Positions 39,308 to 49,829 of a stretch of 64,000 bases of DNA are shown piece after piece. How positions within the stretch are numbered: position 1 is the first letter of the stretch; each line of letters begins with the position of its first letter. The notes below the pieces were generated by a model that saw only the letters and a program-made list of their open reading frames with translations, had not been told where the DNA came from and ran no database searches. Source of the stretch: Promethearchaeia archaeon (GTDB lineage Archaea > Asgardarchaeota > Lokiarchaeia > Sigyniarchaeales > SOKP01); NCBI GenBank assembly GCA_029856105.1, contig JAHQWH010000224.1, forward strand, positions 1-64,000. Reading direction: 5' to 3'. The translations under genes were made by a program, and so were the position numbers.

Positions 39308-39493
39308 CTATTTTTCTAAAGGTTTAATATATAAAATAGCTCCACAGGTGGGACACTCCTTTTCTATATCACCAATATCAAATTTAACCATATTATATTT
39401 ATGGTCTTTGGGATTTCCTTGTATGTTAGAGCAACTAGGACATACAAATGCCCATCCATTTAATTTGAATTCTCCAATATAAATTTTTTTCAT
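39308..39493 (-). CDS. Small zinc-ribbon protein
   Basis: CPSC and CPTC pairs; ATG 10 nt after the upstream gene's stop. Confidence 0.7.
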   Translation of the reverse strand: MKKIYIGEFKLNGWAFVCPSCSNIQGNPKDHKYNMVKFDIGDIEKECPTCGAILYIKPLEK

Positions 39494-39503
39494 AATTTTT
39501 TTC

Positions 39504-40547
39504 TTAATATTTTTTTGTAATTTGGATATTCTTATCTATTTTTATAAGTTTAGTTATTAATGGACTTGGAAAACCAGAGCCTTTACATATTTCAAATCCA
39601 TTATTATTTGAAATTGCAACACATATCGTAGAATAATCTGATACTTTTTCAAGTTTTATTCTCTCTAAATCTGTTACCTCAAGACTATGCATTTGTTCCT
39701 CAAATTTTAACGCTTGTGCTATTTTTTCTACAAAAAAGTTAAATTCTCGAAATGCTAGTTTAAAAAAATCATAAGCATCTCTATTATTGTATTTATAATT
39801 TTGTGGTTGAGCTTTTGGATTATCTGGTAAAATAATTAATAATTTTTCTTTAGGGTAAATTTGTAAATAAGAATGAATAACTAAATTGAAAATATGTTGT
39901 TCAATATTTCTATACTTTCGAATCAATTCACCGTTACTTTTCCAATATTCTTTTACAATTCCTTGTATCTCATGTGAAAATCTTGATAAAAGATTTTTAT
40001 TATCTACAAAAGAATAAAATGAATTTAGAGCCTTTTTGAATTTTTTTTTATACTTTTTATAATGTTGTTCAGTTTCGTTTTCTTTGATATCTCGTGGCTT
40101 AAGAGAGATATTACCGGCTTTGGCGATTATAGGCATTATTCGGTCTTGAAGTATATACATCGTATTCAAAAAAGGCATAAGCAATGATAAATATTCATCT
40201 ACTATAGATGATTGAAAAACAAAATGCTTACATTTTAAACTGAGCTTTGATTTCATTTCTCTAAATTGAATAATACTTGCATCATTAAGCATTTCCATTT
40301 GTTCAAGTATTCTATAGTCATTTTTTGCGAAAAACATAATTTCAGTAGCTAAATGAAAATAATTCATATAGTCTTTATTAACATCTTCTTCTATTGATTT
40401 ATTTTCTGATTTTTTAAGAAACTGATACCTTAAACCATTAAACTTCAGAAAATATTTTTTCTTATTAAAAATTAGACTCATTTTACTTAAAAGTGAAAAT
40501 CTTTTTTTCCAAGTATTAGATAACCTTTTACTCCAATTAATAACCAT
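39504..40547 (-). CDS. Putative HEPN-domain RNase
   Basis: Helical protein with Rx4H motif (YRNIEQH); defence-island context; true start may be downstream of 40547. Confidence 0.5.
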   Translation of the reverse strand: MVINWSKRLSNTWKKRFSLLSKMSLIFNKKKYFLKFNGLRYQFLKKSENKSIEEDVNKDYMNYFHLATEIMFFAKNDYRILEQMEMLNDASIIQFREMKSKLSLKCKHFVFQSSIVDEYLSLLMPFLNTMYILQDRIMPIIAKAGNISLKPRDIKENETEQHYKKYKKKFKKALNSFYSFVDNKNLLSRFSHEIQGIVKEYWKSNGELIRKYRNIEQHIFNLVIHSYLQIYPKEKLLIILPDNPKAQPQNYKYNNRDAYDFFKLAFREFNFFVEKIAQALKFEEQMHSLEVTDLERIKLEKVSDYSTICVAISNNNGFEICKGSGFPSPLITKLIKIDKNIQITKKY

Positions 40548-41125
40548 ATTATAGGAAAACTTATCATAAATATTAGAAATATAAGACCCATCTTAGTTAG
40601 TAATAAGTAAGCCCCTATATATCCTCCAGTACCTATCAGACCATAATATACAACCCACACATTCCTTACTAAAAATGCTTTCCAAAAGTTAGTATTTTCC
40701 TCTTTCTTATCTTTATATTTTGGTTTTTTACTTGTACTAATTCGACCAAGTAAATCAAATACATAAAAATTTTTAAAGGAATCAGTGTTGAATTGTTGTT
40801 TTAATCCCTTACCTTTATAATTATCCGTACTATTAATAAAATCTTGAATATCTTGCATCCGTGTAATCCAAACTCTTTGATATAACTTGAAAAATGTGTC
40901 AAGCATCCAAAAAATCAGACTAATAGAAGTGCTATAAATAATGATAATAGTCCCTTGAATATTTAATTGAAATCCTAAGATAATAAAAGCTGACCATAGC
41001 GTTATACACCATCCTTTAATCTTAAAAGAAAGATTGTCGTAATCCTTAATCCTCTCTTGAACCATCACTGCTTCTTTCATTAAAAGTTCTTTCTGATACT
41101 CAATAAAACTCATAATTTTAATCAT
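40487..41125 (-). CDS. Multi-pass membrane protein, candidate defence effector
   Basis: About four TM segments; SFKIKGWCITL and FWMLD.FF...QR motifs. Confidence 0.6.
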   Translation of the reverse strand: MIKIMSFIEYQKELLMKEAVMVQERIKDYDNLSFKIKGWCITLWSAFIILGFQLNIQGTIIIIYSTSISLIFWMLDTFFKLYQRVWITRMQDIQDFINSTDNYKGKGLKQQFNTDSFKNFYVFDLLGRISTSKKPKYKDKKEENTNFWKAFLVRNVWVVYYGLIGTGGYIGAYLLLTKMGLIFLIFMISFPIIWLLIGVKGYLILGKKDFHF

Positions 41126-41268
41126 TTTCTTTATTATTAATAATTTTAGACATAAATGACTTTTAAAAGAGAGTATTAAAGGTTTGTTAATTCAGTTTGA
41201 CAAGAGATTTTCTTTTGCTCTCTCAATCTATTTTTATTTCCTAAGCTACATATTATTGTGGCAAATCG

Positions 41269-41922
41269 TCAACTTTTCATATAATTTTTTCTTTTTGGCT
41301 CTAATTCTCCAAAACTATTGGAATCTTGTAACTCGTTGTAGCTTTTATACTCTAACAGAAAATTATTTCTAACAGGATTAGCCTCAATTGAGAAGGCGTG
41401 AATATCATGAACATGCTTTTTATTGTATTTTCTAATAAATTCTTTAAAATCATCCCAAAATGAATCTTTCTTTAAACATCTGCCAAGTGTTCTCTGTGAA
41501 GGGTTAATATCAGGCTCTAATAAATTCAGATCCAATATTACATCTTCCAATCTTGCTCCATTTGGATATATTGCCTTTATCTCGTGTTCTGGTATGCATT
41601 TCCCTTGTTTATCTCTGCGAGAATAATCAATATAACGAATAAAATATTTCAATCCATAATCGGCTAAGGATTCCCCCGTATTGCCCTTACTCAGTTTTAA
41701 CGCTCCCAATCGTTCTGGATACTCCTTTTCTATATCACAGCCAAAATCCTCTGCCAACTCAAACTGCGAGTAGTTGCGGGCTATAGTATTTTTATCAAAT
41801 TCTTCTCTGTTAAAGAGAATCTTAGAAAAAATAGAAAAACTATGGGAAAATTCCCCAAATTTAAGATTTGAACAATTTATACAGAATATTTTTGGATCTT
41901 CATTGACAGAGGAGGCATGCAA
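41269..41922 (-). pseudogene. Hypothetical protein, probably 5'-truncated (coding-like only from about 41800 downwards)
   Basis: First ~40 codons are antisense to a coding-like plus-strand fragment; no convincing start or SD. Confidence 0.35.
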
Positions 41923-41986
41923 TGGTTTAACGGAACTGGGTTTATTAGAAAAAAGAACAGAAAACGAAAAAAGTAAAGAAAATTAA
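41774..41986 (+). pseudogene. Fragment of a small virus/mobile-element-type protein
   Basis: KRILEKIEKLWENSPNLRFEQFI resembles the MRDP.RI..IL..L...W...PDLR.GQL small-protein pattern but lacks its N-terminus. Confidence 0.4.
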
Positions 41987-42122
41987 ATTTTTCATATTTT
42001 AATCCTTTTTTCTATGTTTGAATAATACTAAATAAAAAACTTGATATTTTTGGATTGTTTTAACTAAGTAAAAAGTTTTTTGATATTTTATAGTATAATA
42101 AGTTATCTAAATTAAAACAACA

Positions 42123-43430
42123 ATGCCACAAATAAAATTTCTTGGAGGATGTAGAGAAGTAGGGAGGTCAGCAGTTCTAATTGAGTCAAATAATGGGGCG
42201 CAATGTATGTTAGATTATGGCATTAGATTCAAGGGCGAAGAAAGATTACCTTTAGATGGAGATTTTAGCAATCTTAAAGCTATTGCGTTGTCTCACTGCC
42301 ATGTAGATCATTCTGGAGGTTTACCTTTTTTATTTAAGAACAAAGACATTCCCCTCTTTACCAACCCTCTAACGCTTAGGATGTCAGAGATTTTGATAAA
42401 AGATACGATTAAAATCTCCAATTATCCTCACCCGTTCGGGTATAGAGAGTTACAAAGAACAATTAAAAACGCATCTTTTCTTAGCAACGAAGTACGTCAG
42501 AAGATAGACGATAATTTCTATATTACATTTTACGACGCAGGACACATTCCCGGTAGTGTATCTATATTAGTAGAAGTTGATAAAAAGAGAATTCTTTACA
42601 CGGGAGATATCAACACTCAAGAATCGAACTTAGTTTCTCCAGCCGAACCTCTCAAATTGCCTGAAATTGATGTATTAATTACGGAATCCACATATGCTTT
42701 AAAAGAACATCCTATAAGAGCGGAACTTGAAAAAAAATTTATTGATGATACTCTAAATATTATCGAAAATGGTGGAAAAGTTCTCGTTCCTGCTTTTGGG
42801 GTTGCTCGGTCACAAGAAATCTTGTTAGTTTTGCAAAAATACAATTTTAAAAGTGAAATATTTCTTGATGGATTAGCAAGAAAAGTTTCGACAGAGTACG
42901 CTCAATTTCCTAATTCTTTTAGAAATTTTGCTGAATATAAGTCTGCTTTAAAAAAAGCTCAATTAATAACATCAAGAGAAAAACGAAAGAATGTCAAAAA
43001 GAGATCAGATGGTTTAATCATATCTCCATCAGGGATGTTAAAGGGAGGTGCAGCTCTTGAATATATCAGCTCAATCTTAACTGACCCAAGCTCAGCAGTT
43101 TTTCTTGTGGGATATCAAGTCGAAGGAACTCCGGGAAGAAAATTAATTGACGAAAAAATTTTCGAGTTTAAAGAAAAAACCAGTAGGAATTATCGTACAA
43201 AAGATATTTCTATCAAAGCAAACTGTAATGTAGATTATTATGATTTTTCTAGCCACGCGGACAAATTTCATTTACACAAATATATCGAAGATATAAAGTT
43301 TCAAAACGATTCTAAATTTATTTTTTGTGTACATGGAGATGCAAAATCAACAACTTCATTTGCTTACGATTTGTCAGACAAAGGTTTTAATTCAGTTGCT
43401 CCTGAAATTGGTGAAACTTATAAGATATAG
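42123..43430 (+). CDS. Metallo-beta-lactamase/beta-CASP ribonuclease (aCPSF2-like)
   Basis: LGG.REVGRS, SHCHVDHSG, AGHIPGS, YTGD, ESTY, PAFGVARSQE, GYQVEGTPG, FSSHAD, VHGD. Confidence 0.93.
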   Translation: MPQIKFLGGCREVGRSAVLIESNNGAQCMLDYGIRFKGEERLPLDGDFSNLKAIALSHCHVDHSGGLPFLFKNKDIPLFTNPLTLRMSEILIKDTIKISNYPHPFGYRELQRTIKNASFLSNEVRQKIDDNFYITFYDAGHIPGSVSILVEVDKKRILYTGDINTQESNLVSPAEPLKLPEIDVLITESTYALKEHPIRAELEKKFIDDTLNIIENGGKVLVPAFGVARSQEILLVLQKYNFKSEIFLDGLARKVSTEYAQFPNSFRNFAEYKSALKKAQLITSREKRKNVKKRSDGLIISPSGMLKGGAALEYISSILTDPSSAVFLVGYQVEGTPGRKLIDEKIFEFKEKTSRNYRTKDISIKANCNVDYYDFSSHADKFHLHKYIEDIKFQNDSKFIFCVHGDAKSTTSFAYDLSDKGFNSVAPEIGETYKI

Positions 43431-43458
43431 AAGAACATATATTAGAAGAACAATCTCG

Positions 43459-44973
43459 TTATTCTTGTAATTGCTTTTTAATTATTTTATTACAGTTTTC
43501 TAAAAAATCATCAATTTTATCAACTGGGACTCTTGTACCTGCAGCTGGCGGATGACCTCCCCCTAATTCGTCTAAATTTGAAAGGTCTAGTGCTTCTCTT
43601 ATCGCCTCTGAAAGGTTTACTCCCTTTTTCACAATACTTTCGTGTGCTCTACTCGATATTTTATATACACCATCCTCTTTTCTCTTTGCACACCCAAAAA
43701 TAGGTTTTGATTTATCTATTAAATCACTTTTGCTAAAAATTAACATAGAAGCAATTGTACCGATAATAGTTTCTGATATGACATCTTCTCCAAAAAAAAA
43801 TTGTATGTGCTCTTTGAGTTGAATTTTATTTTCATCACGTATCCATGATAATGCTTGGCCTAAAGATCTCTTATACTCTATTAACTGCTCTCTTGCTTTC
43901 TTATAAGCGATTCTTCTATCCCCCATTGCAATAGCGATTCCTAACGATCCATTATGACTTCTCCCACATGAATTTAAAAGATAAGAAAATTCTTTTAGAT
44001 CGTGTAATTCAGAACCAACTAATTCATTTTTTAATATGTACCTATTAATAATAAGATTATTTATAATTTCAGAAGGTTCAACATCGAGTTTAAGAGATAT
44101 ATATCTAATTATGCCCGAAGTAACTTTCTGTTTTTCTTCTTTGTTAAAATCGTTTAAAGTTCTTATATTACCATCTGAATTTTCCATCAAAATTCCTAAA
44201 GTTTGTAAAAATTTTAACATTTTACTCGTATTTCCAGTTAATCCCGGTAGATTAATATCGGTGGAGTAAGCTATTGCTTCATTTATAGGTTTAATAGGAG
44301 AAAAATTTAAGTCATTTACCATTTCTACTAAATCTGCATTGGTGGCATGTTCTAAAATAATAGAATTTAACCCAGTAAAAGAATTACTAGGCCCTCGATT
44401 TTGAATATCACCCGTTGCCCCTATAAGTGCTATTGGAGACAAATCTAAATTATTCTCATTTAACGCTTTAGCAAAGAAGTAACAAATTCCTGCTCCTGAA
44501 ATTTCTTTACTACCATCAATTTCATAAAAATAAGGATTGATATGCCAAGGTTTCGAATTTTTGTAAATTTCTTTAATTTTATCGTCATTCTTATCTGAAA
44601 TATCTTGGGGGATATGGTGATCTAATATAATATAGGGAGTATTTTTATTATCATTTTTCAATTTATCATCGAGTTCTAAATATTGTCCACTTCCAAAATC
44701 AGAAAAAATCAACAAATTATTATAGTCCTGAACCTTTTCTACAATTTTTATAATTTCCTCTCTTTCTAATTGTCTTAACACAGAGATCTGAAAGGGAATA
44801 CGCTCTCTATATAGAGCCTTCCCAATTATTGCCCCAGATGTTAATCCATCTGCATCTAAATGAGTATATATCTGAACAGCAGCCTCAGATTCTTTTAAAT
44901 GATCTTGAAACCATTTGATTGTTTCTGTTAGATCAGAGGTTAATAGTTTAAGTTTTGTATGTATTTTATTCAT
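43459..44973 (-). CDS. RecJ/GAN-like DHH-family exonuclease
   Basis: HLDADG, DFGSG, LDHH, GA.GD.Q, C-terminal DHHA1 GGGHPPAAG. Confidence 0.92.
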   Translation of the reverse strand: MNKIHTKLKLLTSDLTETIKWFQDHLKESEAAVQIYTHLDADGLTSGAIIGKALYRERIPFQISVLRQLEREEIIKIVEKVQDYNNLLIFSDFGSGQYLELDDKLKNDNKNTPYIILDHHIPQDISDKNDDKIKEIYKNSKPWHINPYFYEIDGSKEISGAGICYFFAKALNENNLDLSPIALIGATGDIQNRGPSNSFTGLNSIILEHATNADLVEMVNDLNFSPIKPINEAIAYSTDINLPGLTGNTSKMLKFLQTLGILMENSDGNIRTLNDFNKEEKQKVTSGIIRYISLKLDVEPSEIINNLIINRYILKNELVGSELHDLKEFSYLLNSCGRSHNGSLGIAIAMGDRRIAYKKAREQLIEYKRSLGQALSWIRDENKIQLKEHIQFFFGEDVISETIIGTIASMLIFSKSDLIDKSKPIFGCAKRKEDGVYKISSRAHESIVKKGVNLSEAIREALDLSNLDELGGGHPPAAGTRVPVDKIDDFLENCNKIIKKQLQE

Positions 44974-45059
44974 TTTTTTATAAAATTTTAATATAAACTT
45001 AGTTTAATATATTAAAATAAGAATTTAATATTAAATACTCAATTAAAAAAAAATATTAA

Positions 45060-46067
45060 GTGAAAAATATGACACACCATGTCAAAATTAATGAGTTAAC
45101 TTTAAAGCTTGTTGAAAAAATAATTGAAAATAAAGAATTTTATAAAGCCGAAATACAAAAATTTGATAATGGCGCTACAGTCTTAGATATGACAAATGCA
45201 TCGTGGAACGGGGGAAAATTAGTTGGTGAAATTTGTATGGGCGGATTAGGAACAGTTGATTTTACTTCCTATAACTTAGATGGCCATTATATACCGAGCG
45301 TTAATGTTTATACTTCCGAACCAATAATATCTTGTATGGCATCTCAACTAGCGGGATGGAACGTAAAATTGAAAAAAGAAGTAGAAAAAGAAGGTGTAGT
45401 AAAAAAAAAGACAATTTTTCAATCATTAGGTTCAGGACCTGCTAGAGCTAAAAGTAAAGTTGAAAAGCTATTTGAAGAAATTAAATACGCTGATGATTCG
45501 GACTGTGCTGTGATTGTTTTTGAAACCGCAAAGTTGCCTAACGAAGAAGTGATGGCAATAGTAGCAGAAAAATGTGGAGTAGATACAAGTAAAACTTATG
45601 CCGTTTGCGCACCTACTGCTTGTTTAACGGGGTCTATCCAAGTTGCTGCTAGAATCGTAGAAACGGGCATACATAAACTCCATGAAATTCATTTTCCTTT
45701 AGATGTGCTCAAAGACGGTTTTGGAACGGCTACAATAGCCCCTATTGCTAAAGACGATCTTGGAGCTATGGGGCGAACTAATGATTCAATTAGTGCAGCT
45801 GGTATGACTTACTATACAATTGATGTCGAAAAGGACAAACAAGATGAGATTTTTGATCTGCTTAAAAAAGCTCCAGCCAATACATCGTCTAGTTATGGAA
45901 GACCATTTTTAGAAACATTTAAAGCAGCAAATTATGATTTCTATGCGATTGATCCAGGATTATTCGCTCCGGCTATTTATACAATTACAAATATTCAAAC
46001 AGGAAAGAGTATTACAGTTGGTGAAATTAACCATAATTTATTAAAAGAGTCCTATAAGTTAAGTTAA
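45060..46067 (+). CDS. mch: Methenyl-H4MPT cyclohydrolase
   Basis: ICMGGLG, CMASQLAGW, GSGPARA, APT...GSIQV.ARIVETG.HK, MGRTND, S.YG.PF, FY.IDP.LFAPA. Confidence 0.97.
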   Translation: MKNMTHHVKINELTLKLVEKIIENKEFYKAEIQKFDNGATVLDMTNASWNGGKLVGEICMGGLGTVDFTSYNLDGHYIPSVNVYTSEPIISCMASQLAGWNVKLKKEVEKEGVVKKKTIFQSLGSGPARAKSKVEKLFEEIKYADDSDCAVIVFETAKLPNEEVMAIVAEKCGVDTSKTYAVCAPTACLTGSIQVAARIVETGIHKLHEIHFPLDVLKDGFGTATIAPIAKDDLGAMGRTNDSISAAGMTYYTIDVEKDKQDEIFDLLKKAPANTSSSYGRPFLETFKAANYDFYAIDPGLFAPAIYTITNIQTGKSITVGEINHNLLKESYKLS

Positions 46068-46129
46068 AATTAACTTTATCAATATTACTCTAATTTTTTT
46101 TTATTTATATTAAATAACGGTTCAAAAAT

Positions 46130-47323
46130 CTAAAAATTAGTTAATTCGCCTTGATATTTTAATATTTCTGCATCGGATATATCTTTATCAACTTTAATTT
46201 GTTTATGGATTCCTAAATAAGCACAAGCTATTTTAGCTGCTGCAGCAATTTCAGCTTTTTTTAAGGTTAGAGAATATTCGTCAACAGGTTGTGCTTGATT
46301 GATATAGTATGATTTTCGATAATTTTTCTCACCTTGTACTGATTCATCTAAAAATGGGTCGTATTGAATTTTTTTTTCTTGTAATTCTGTAGCTCTTTCA
46401 GATTTCATCTTGTATAATAAAGAAGCCATTTTATCTGCCACATTGAAGGGTAATTGATTTTTTCCTATTATTCTAATGATGTTGTTTATGTCAAAATAAT
46501 TTAATGTGTCATACTTTGCTCTTATAAAGCATTTAAGGTTTTCAGAATTTTTTTGACACTCAATCTCAGTCCAATCGTGAATTGCCAATCTTCTTCGGAA
46601 AAAGATCAATTCCCAATCGATTCCTAACTCTTTTAAAAATTTAAATAATTTGTCGTCATTCGGTTTTCTCGATTCTATAATAATAAATAATTGTAGACCG
46701 TAGTATTTATGTTCTTCTTGTAGGAAGTATCCTCGCTGTTGCATTGACGCAAGGATTTTAACCTTTATAGAGTAAATATTATCAGAAACATCCCTTTTTT
46801 CACAGTTTAAGTAAATTACATTTCCTTCTTCGGTAATATATTCACTATCAAGAAAGCCTAAAATGCTATCATCGTTTTCTTCAATAAAATCCTTCAATCC
46901 ACTGAGAGTTGGTTTTACATCATACTTTGTTAAATCATTTTCTCTGATTGTAACGTAATCAGTATTACTTCCTCCAATTGCTAATTTAATAGATTTTAAT
47001 TTTAACTCTTTTTCCTCTCCAAACACATTTTTAAAAGCATCAATTAAAGGAAAAATTTCATTCTCTAAAATATTTAGATTAGCCATTGAACTTTCAAAAG
47101 GTTGCGGTGACTCAAGCAATTTGTTTAATACTGGCGCTTCTGAAGCATCGACTTCAATTTCATAATCTTTTGCTAAGTTCTTTCGAATAATACAAAAAGA
47201 CCTTCTTTTTTTATTGTATATGGAAAGAGAAGTACAATTGTCTATTACCGCTCGAAATTGTTCGTTGTACATATCATCAAAACTTTTCGATTTGAGCTTT
47301 CTTTTTCTCATGAATTTTACCAA
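46130..47323 (-). CDS. Hypothetical protein
   Basis: 397-codon ORF with normal composition; no recognised motif. Confidence 0.7.
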   Translation of the reverse strand: MVKFMRKRKLKSKSFDDMYNEQFRAVIDNCTSLSIYNKKRRSFCIIRKNLAKDYEIEVDASEAPVLNKLLESPQPFESSMANLNILENEIFPLIDAFKNVFGEEKELKLKSIKLAIGGSNTDYVTIRENDLTKYDVKPTLSGLKDFIEENDDSILGFLDSEYITEEGNVIYLNCEKRDVSDNIYSIKVKILASMQQRGYFLQEEHKYYGLQLFIIIESRKPNDDKLFKFLKELGIDWELIFFRRRLAIHDWTEIECQKNSENLKCFIRAKYDTLNYFDINNIIRIIGKNQLPFNVADKMASLLYKMKSERATELQEKKIQYDPFLDESVQGEKNYRKSYYINQAQPVDEYSLTLKKAEIAAAAKIACAYLGIHKQIKVDKDISDAEILKYQGELTNF

Positions 47324-47584
47324 AAAATATTCTATTGTTAAATTAATAAAAAAACAATTTTATAATTTTATGTATGAAAAGATATAATTGTCTTTTATTA
47401 ATATTACTCAATTAATAATCTTTTGATAACTTTTTGTTAAAAAATAACATAGATAGTTAGTTTACTATTACATTATCCGGTATTTAGAAATTTGTGGGAT
47501 CCTAATCTCTTAATTAAACAAAAATCAAGCAAAAGTTCTAAAAGCAGAGTAACAGAAGTAAATTCATTGAACTTAAATAAAAAT

Positions 47585-47764
47585 CTAATCTAATTCGTCC
47601 TCTAAGAAGTATTTACTTCCCTTTTTCTTATATATTATTGTTGAGCCAAAAGTATTTCGCATAGTATATTTGTCTCCTTCAACTTCTATTAATTCAATAG
47701 AATAAGACAACGCTCTATCTTTTAGTATTTCGTCGACAATTCTTTTTTCTTCAGCAGGGTCCAT
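47585..47764 (-). CDS. Small hypothetical protein (59 aa), not in the ORF track
   Basis: MDPAEEKRIVDEILKDRALSYSIELIEVEGDKYTMRNTFGSTIIYKKKGSKYFLEDELD; ATG 47764, TAG 47585-47587. Confidence 0.7.
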   Translation of the reverse strand: MDPAEEKRIVDEILKDRALSYSIELIEVEGDKYTMRNTFGSTIIYKKKGSKYFLEDELD

Positions 47765-47836
47765 AATATAGAAATATAATGCGGTTAAAAAAAAATTTTC
47801 TGTTTTCTTAAAATTATTTATTTAAATAAAAATTAC

Positions 47837-48319
47837 TTACAAGGACTCTTTTCCAGTCATCTCAATTATATTTAATCTCATTATACATATGTTATCATAT
47901 GCTTGTTCATTTTTAAGGAATCTTTTTTTTACTTTACCTGGATCTTCTTCTAAGTGATTTAGAATGATGTTAAATCCATATTTTTTTTCTTCCAAATCCT
48001 CTACAGTTGCCATTTTACCCCAGAATACGATAGAACGGTACTTATGAGAACAATCGTTCATTACATATCCTAGATCATCCACTATTGTGCCACACACGTT
48101 CGAATTTTCCCTTAAAAACTCAACCTTTAACCCTTCTTTAGCACTATGAAAGAATAAAGAATTCTGTTTTAAGTCAAAACCATAACTTAAGGTTACGATA
48201 TAAGGTTCGTTAGCTCTACACATTGAAATCGTCGCAAACTTTCCGTTTTTCAATATTTCAATTATTGTATTTTTATCCGTTACTTCCCTTTCTTTTTTTT
48301 TCATATGATATTTCGGCAT
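47837..48319 (-). CDS. Pyridoxamine 5'-phosphate oxidase-like flavin-binding protein (NimA family)
   Basis: EPYIV.L.YG, FFHSA.EG.K, N..VC, YRSIV..G, TGK. Confidence 0.88.
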   Translation of the reverse strand: MPKYHMKKKEREVTDKNTIIEILKNGKFATISMCRANEPYIVTLSYGFDLKQNSLFFHSAKEGLKVEFLRENSNVCGTIVDDLGYVMNDCSHKYRSIVFWGKMATVEDLEEKKYGFNIILNHLEEDPGKVKKRFLKNEQAYDNICIMRLNIIEMTGKESL

Positions 48320-48581
48320 ACATTTTTCTCACACTAAGATTTAAATCATTATATCCAAATAAGGATGCTTAAAAATTATGTAATAGTAGTAATTCCTCTG
48401 GATATTACTTTATTATTTAAAAAAATTATCTCAATCAAAAATTATACTGTATAAAACTAACGGTTTCAACGGTTTTATTAAGAAATCGTGAAAAATTTAA
48501 TAAAAACTTATGTTTAAAATATAAATAAACTTCTAGATAAACATACAACAGAATTAAAATATTTGTTTGTGGATAATAACC

Positions 48582-49829
48582 ATGGCTAAACAGGTACTTG
48601 ATATTGGCTTTTTCAGCACAATGTACAGTCAGATTAATGGTACTGCTCATGCTGTTCGATTTTTATCCGAAGCAATCGCAAAACTTGGTCATAATGTTCA
48701 TGTTTTTGCACCTCGAGTTCAAAATGGGTACAAAAAGCCGAAAACTTTACATTTTCACGAAATTGGGGGTGTAATGATTGCACCTAAAACGGGTTTTGTT
48801 CTAAGTGCCCCCATACATAAAATTTTTTTCTGTCAACACGATTATCTCGATATTTCCCACATCCATACGCATGCTGTTGTAGGATCCATGGCAATAAATT
48901 GGTCCAATTATTTAGGGATTCCAATGGTAGGAACTCATAATAGTCCTATGCAGTATTACACGGCTCAATATGTTCCGATCATTGGTAACCTCTTGACAAA
49001 AGGCGACCTTATTTGGAGATACGAACGCCATATAGTAGATAAATACGATTTTGTTCATGTCGCTACAAAATCCAAAAAAGATTTGTTAAGAGATTACAGA
49101 TTTAAAGAACCAATAGTTTGCATGACGAATGGTATTCACGATTCATATTTTACAAATTTGAAAGAAAATGGGATTCGTGAAAAATATAATTTAGAAGGTA
49201 AAAAGGTCCTTTTATATGCATCAAGGCTATCACCAGAAAAACACCCCATAGATATTATTAAAATATTTAAAGAAGTTCATAAAGCAATTCCTAACGCTCA
49301 CCTATTATTAGTTGGAAGCGATGGTCCATCAACTGACCACGTAAAAAGAATAATTAATAAGAAACAATATCGAGATTTCGTTTCGTATGCTGGTAGAATA
49401 CCCTTTCCAGATTTATTAAAATTATATGATACAGCAGATCTAACTTGCTTGTGGTCGTGGATTGAAGCTGAAGGGCTCGTCTTACTCGAAGCGATGGCTC
49501 AGGGAACACCCTGTGTTGGAGCTAATGCTTGTGGAATTAGTAATATAATTCGACATGGCAAAACGGGATATTTGGCAAATAATCTCGATCAATTTAAAGA
49601 TTATGTTATAAAGTTATTAAAAGATGACGATCTTAGGGCTGAATTTGGAAAAAATGCTCAAAAAGTAGCTCAAGATTATAGAGTAAGCAAAATCGCAAAA
49701 ACATGGATTAAGTTATACAATTTCACAATTAACGAACTCTATCCTTTACGATACAATAGAAAAGATAGGAAAACTCGTGTGGAGTTAGTAAAAGAATTTA
49801 TCCTACACTTACCAAATGCAACCTTTTAG
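48582..49829 (+). CDS. GT4 family glycosyltransferase
   Basis: QING, GH.V.VFAP, H.HT, SRL..EK, EAEGLVLLEAMAQGTP; start taken at the ATG 48582. Confidence 0.92.
   Translation: MAKQVLDIGFFSTMYSQINGTAHAVRFLSEAIAKLGHNVHVFAPRVQNGYKKPKTLHFHEIGGVMIAPKTGFVLSAPIHKIFFCQHDYLDISHIHTHAVVGSMAINWSNYLGIPMVGTHNSPMQYYTAQYVPIIGNLLTKGDLIWRYERHIVDKYDFVHVATKSKKDLLRDYRFKEPIVCMTNGIHDSYFTNLKENGIREKYNLEGKKVLLYASRLSPEKHPIDIIKIFKEVHKAIPNAHLLLVGSDGPSTDHVKRIINKKQYRDFVSYAGRIPFPDLLKLYDTADLTCLWSWIEAEGLVLLEAMAQGTPCVGANACGISNIIRHGKTGYLANNLDQFKDYVIKLLKDDDLRAEFGKNAQKVAQDYRVSKIAKTWIKLYNFTINELYPLRYNRKDRKTRVELVKEFILHLPNATF

Larger units (their letters stand above)
25094..41986. mobile_element. Defence island (Argonaute, RM, nuclease and toxin-like genes) between mtnP and the beta-CASP gene
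   Basis: Continuous run of defence-type genes and gene fragments between housekeeping genes; no integrase or att repeats found, so boundaries are approximate. Confidence 0.65.

Noticed and set aside
41987-42122. att or Xer/dif-like site at the island edge
   Set aside because: No direct repeat matching the left edge (about 25034-25093) and no convincing 11-6-11 dif pattern could be found by eye
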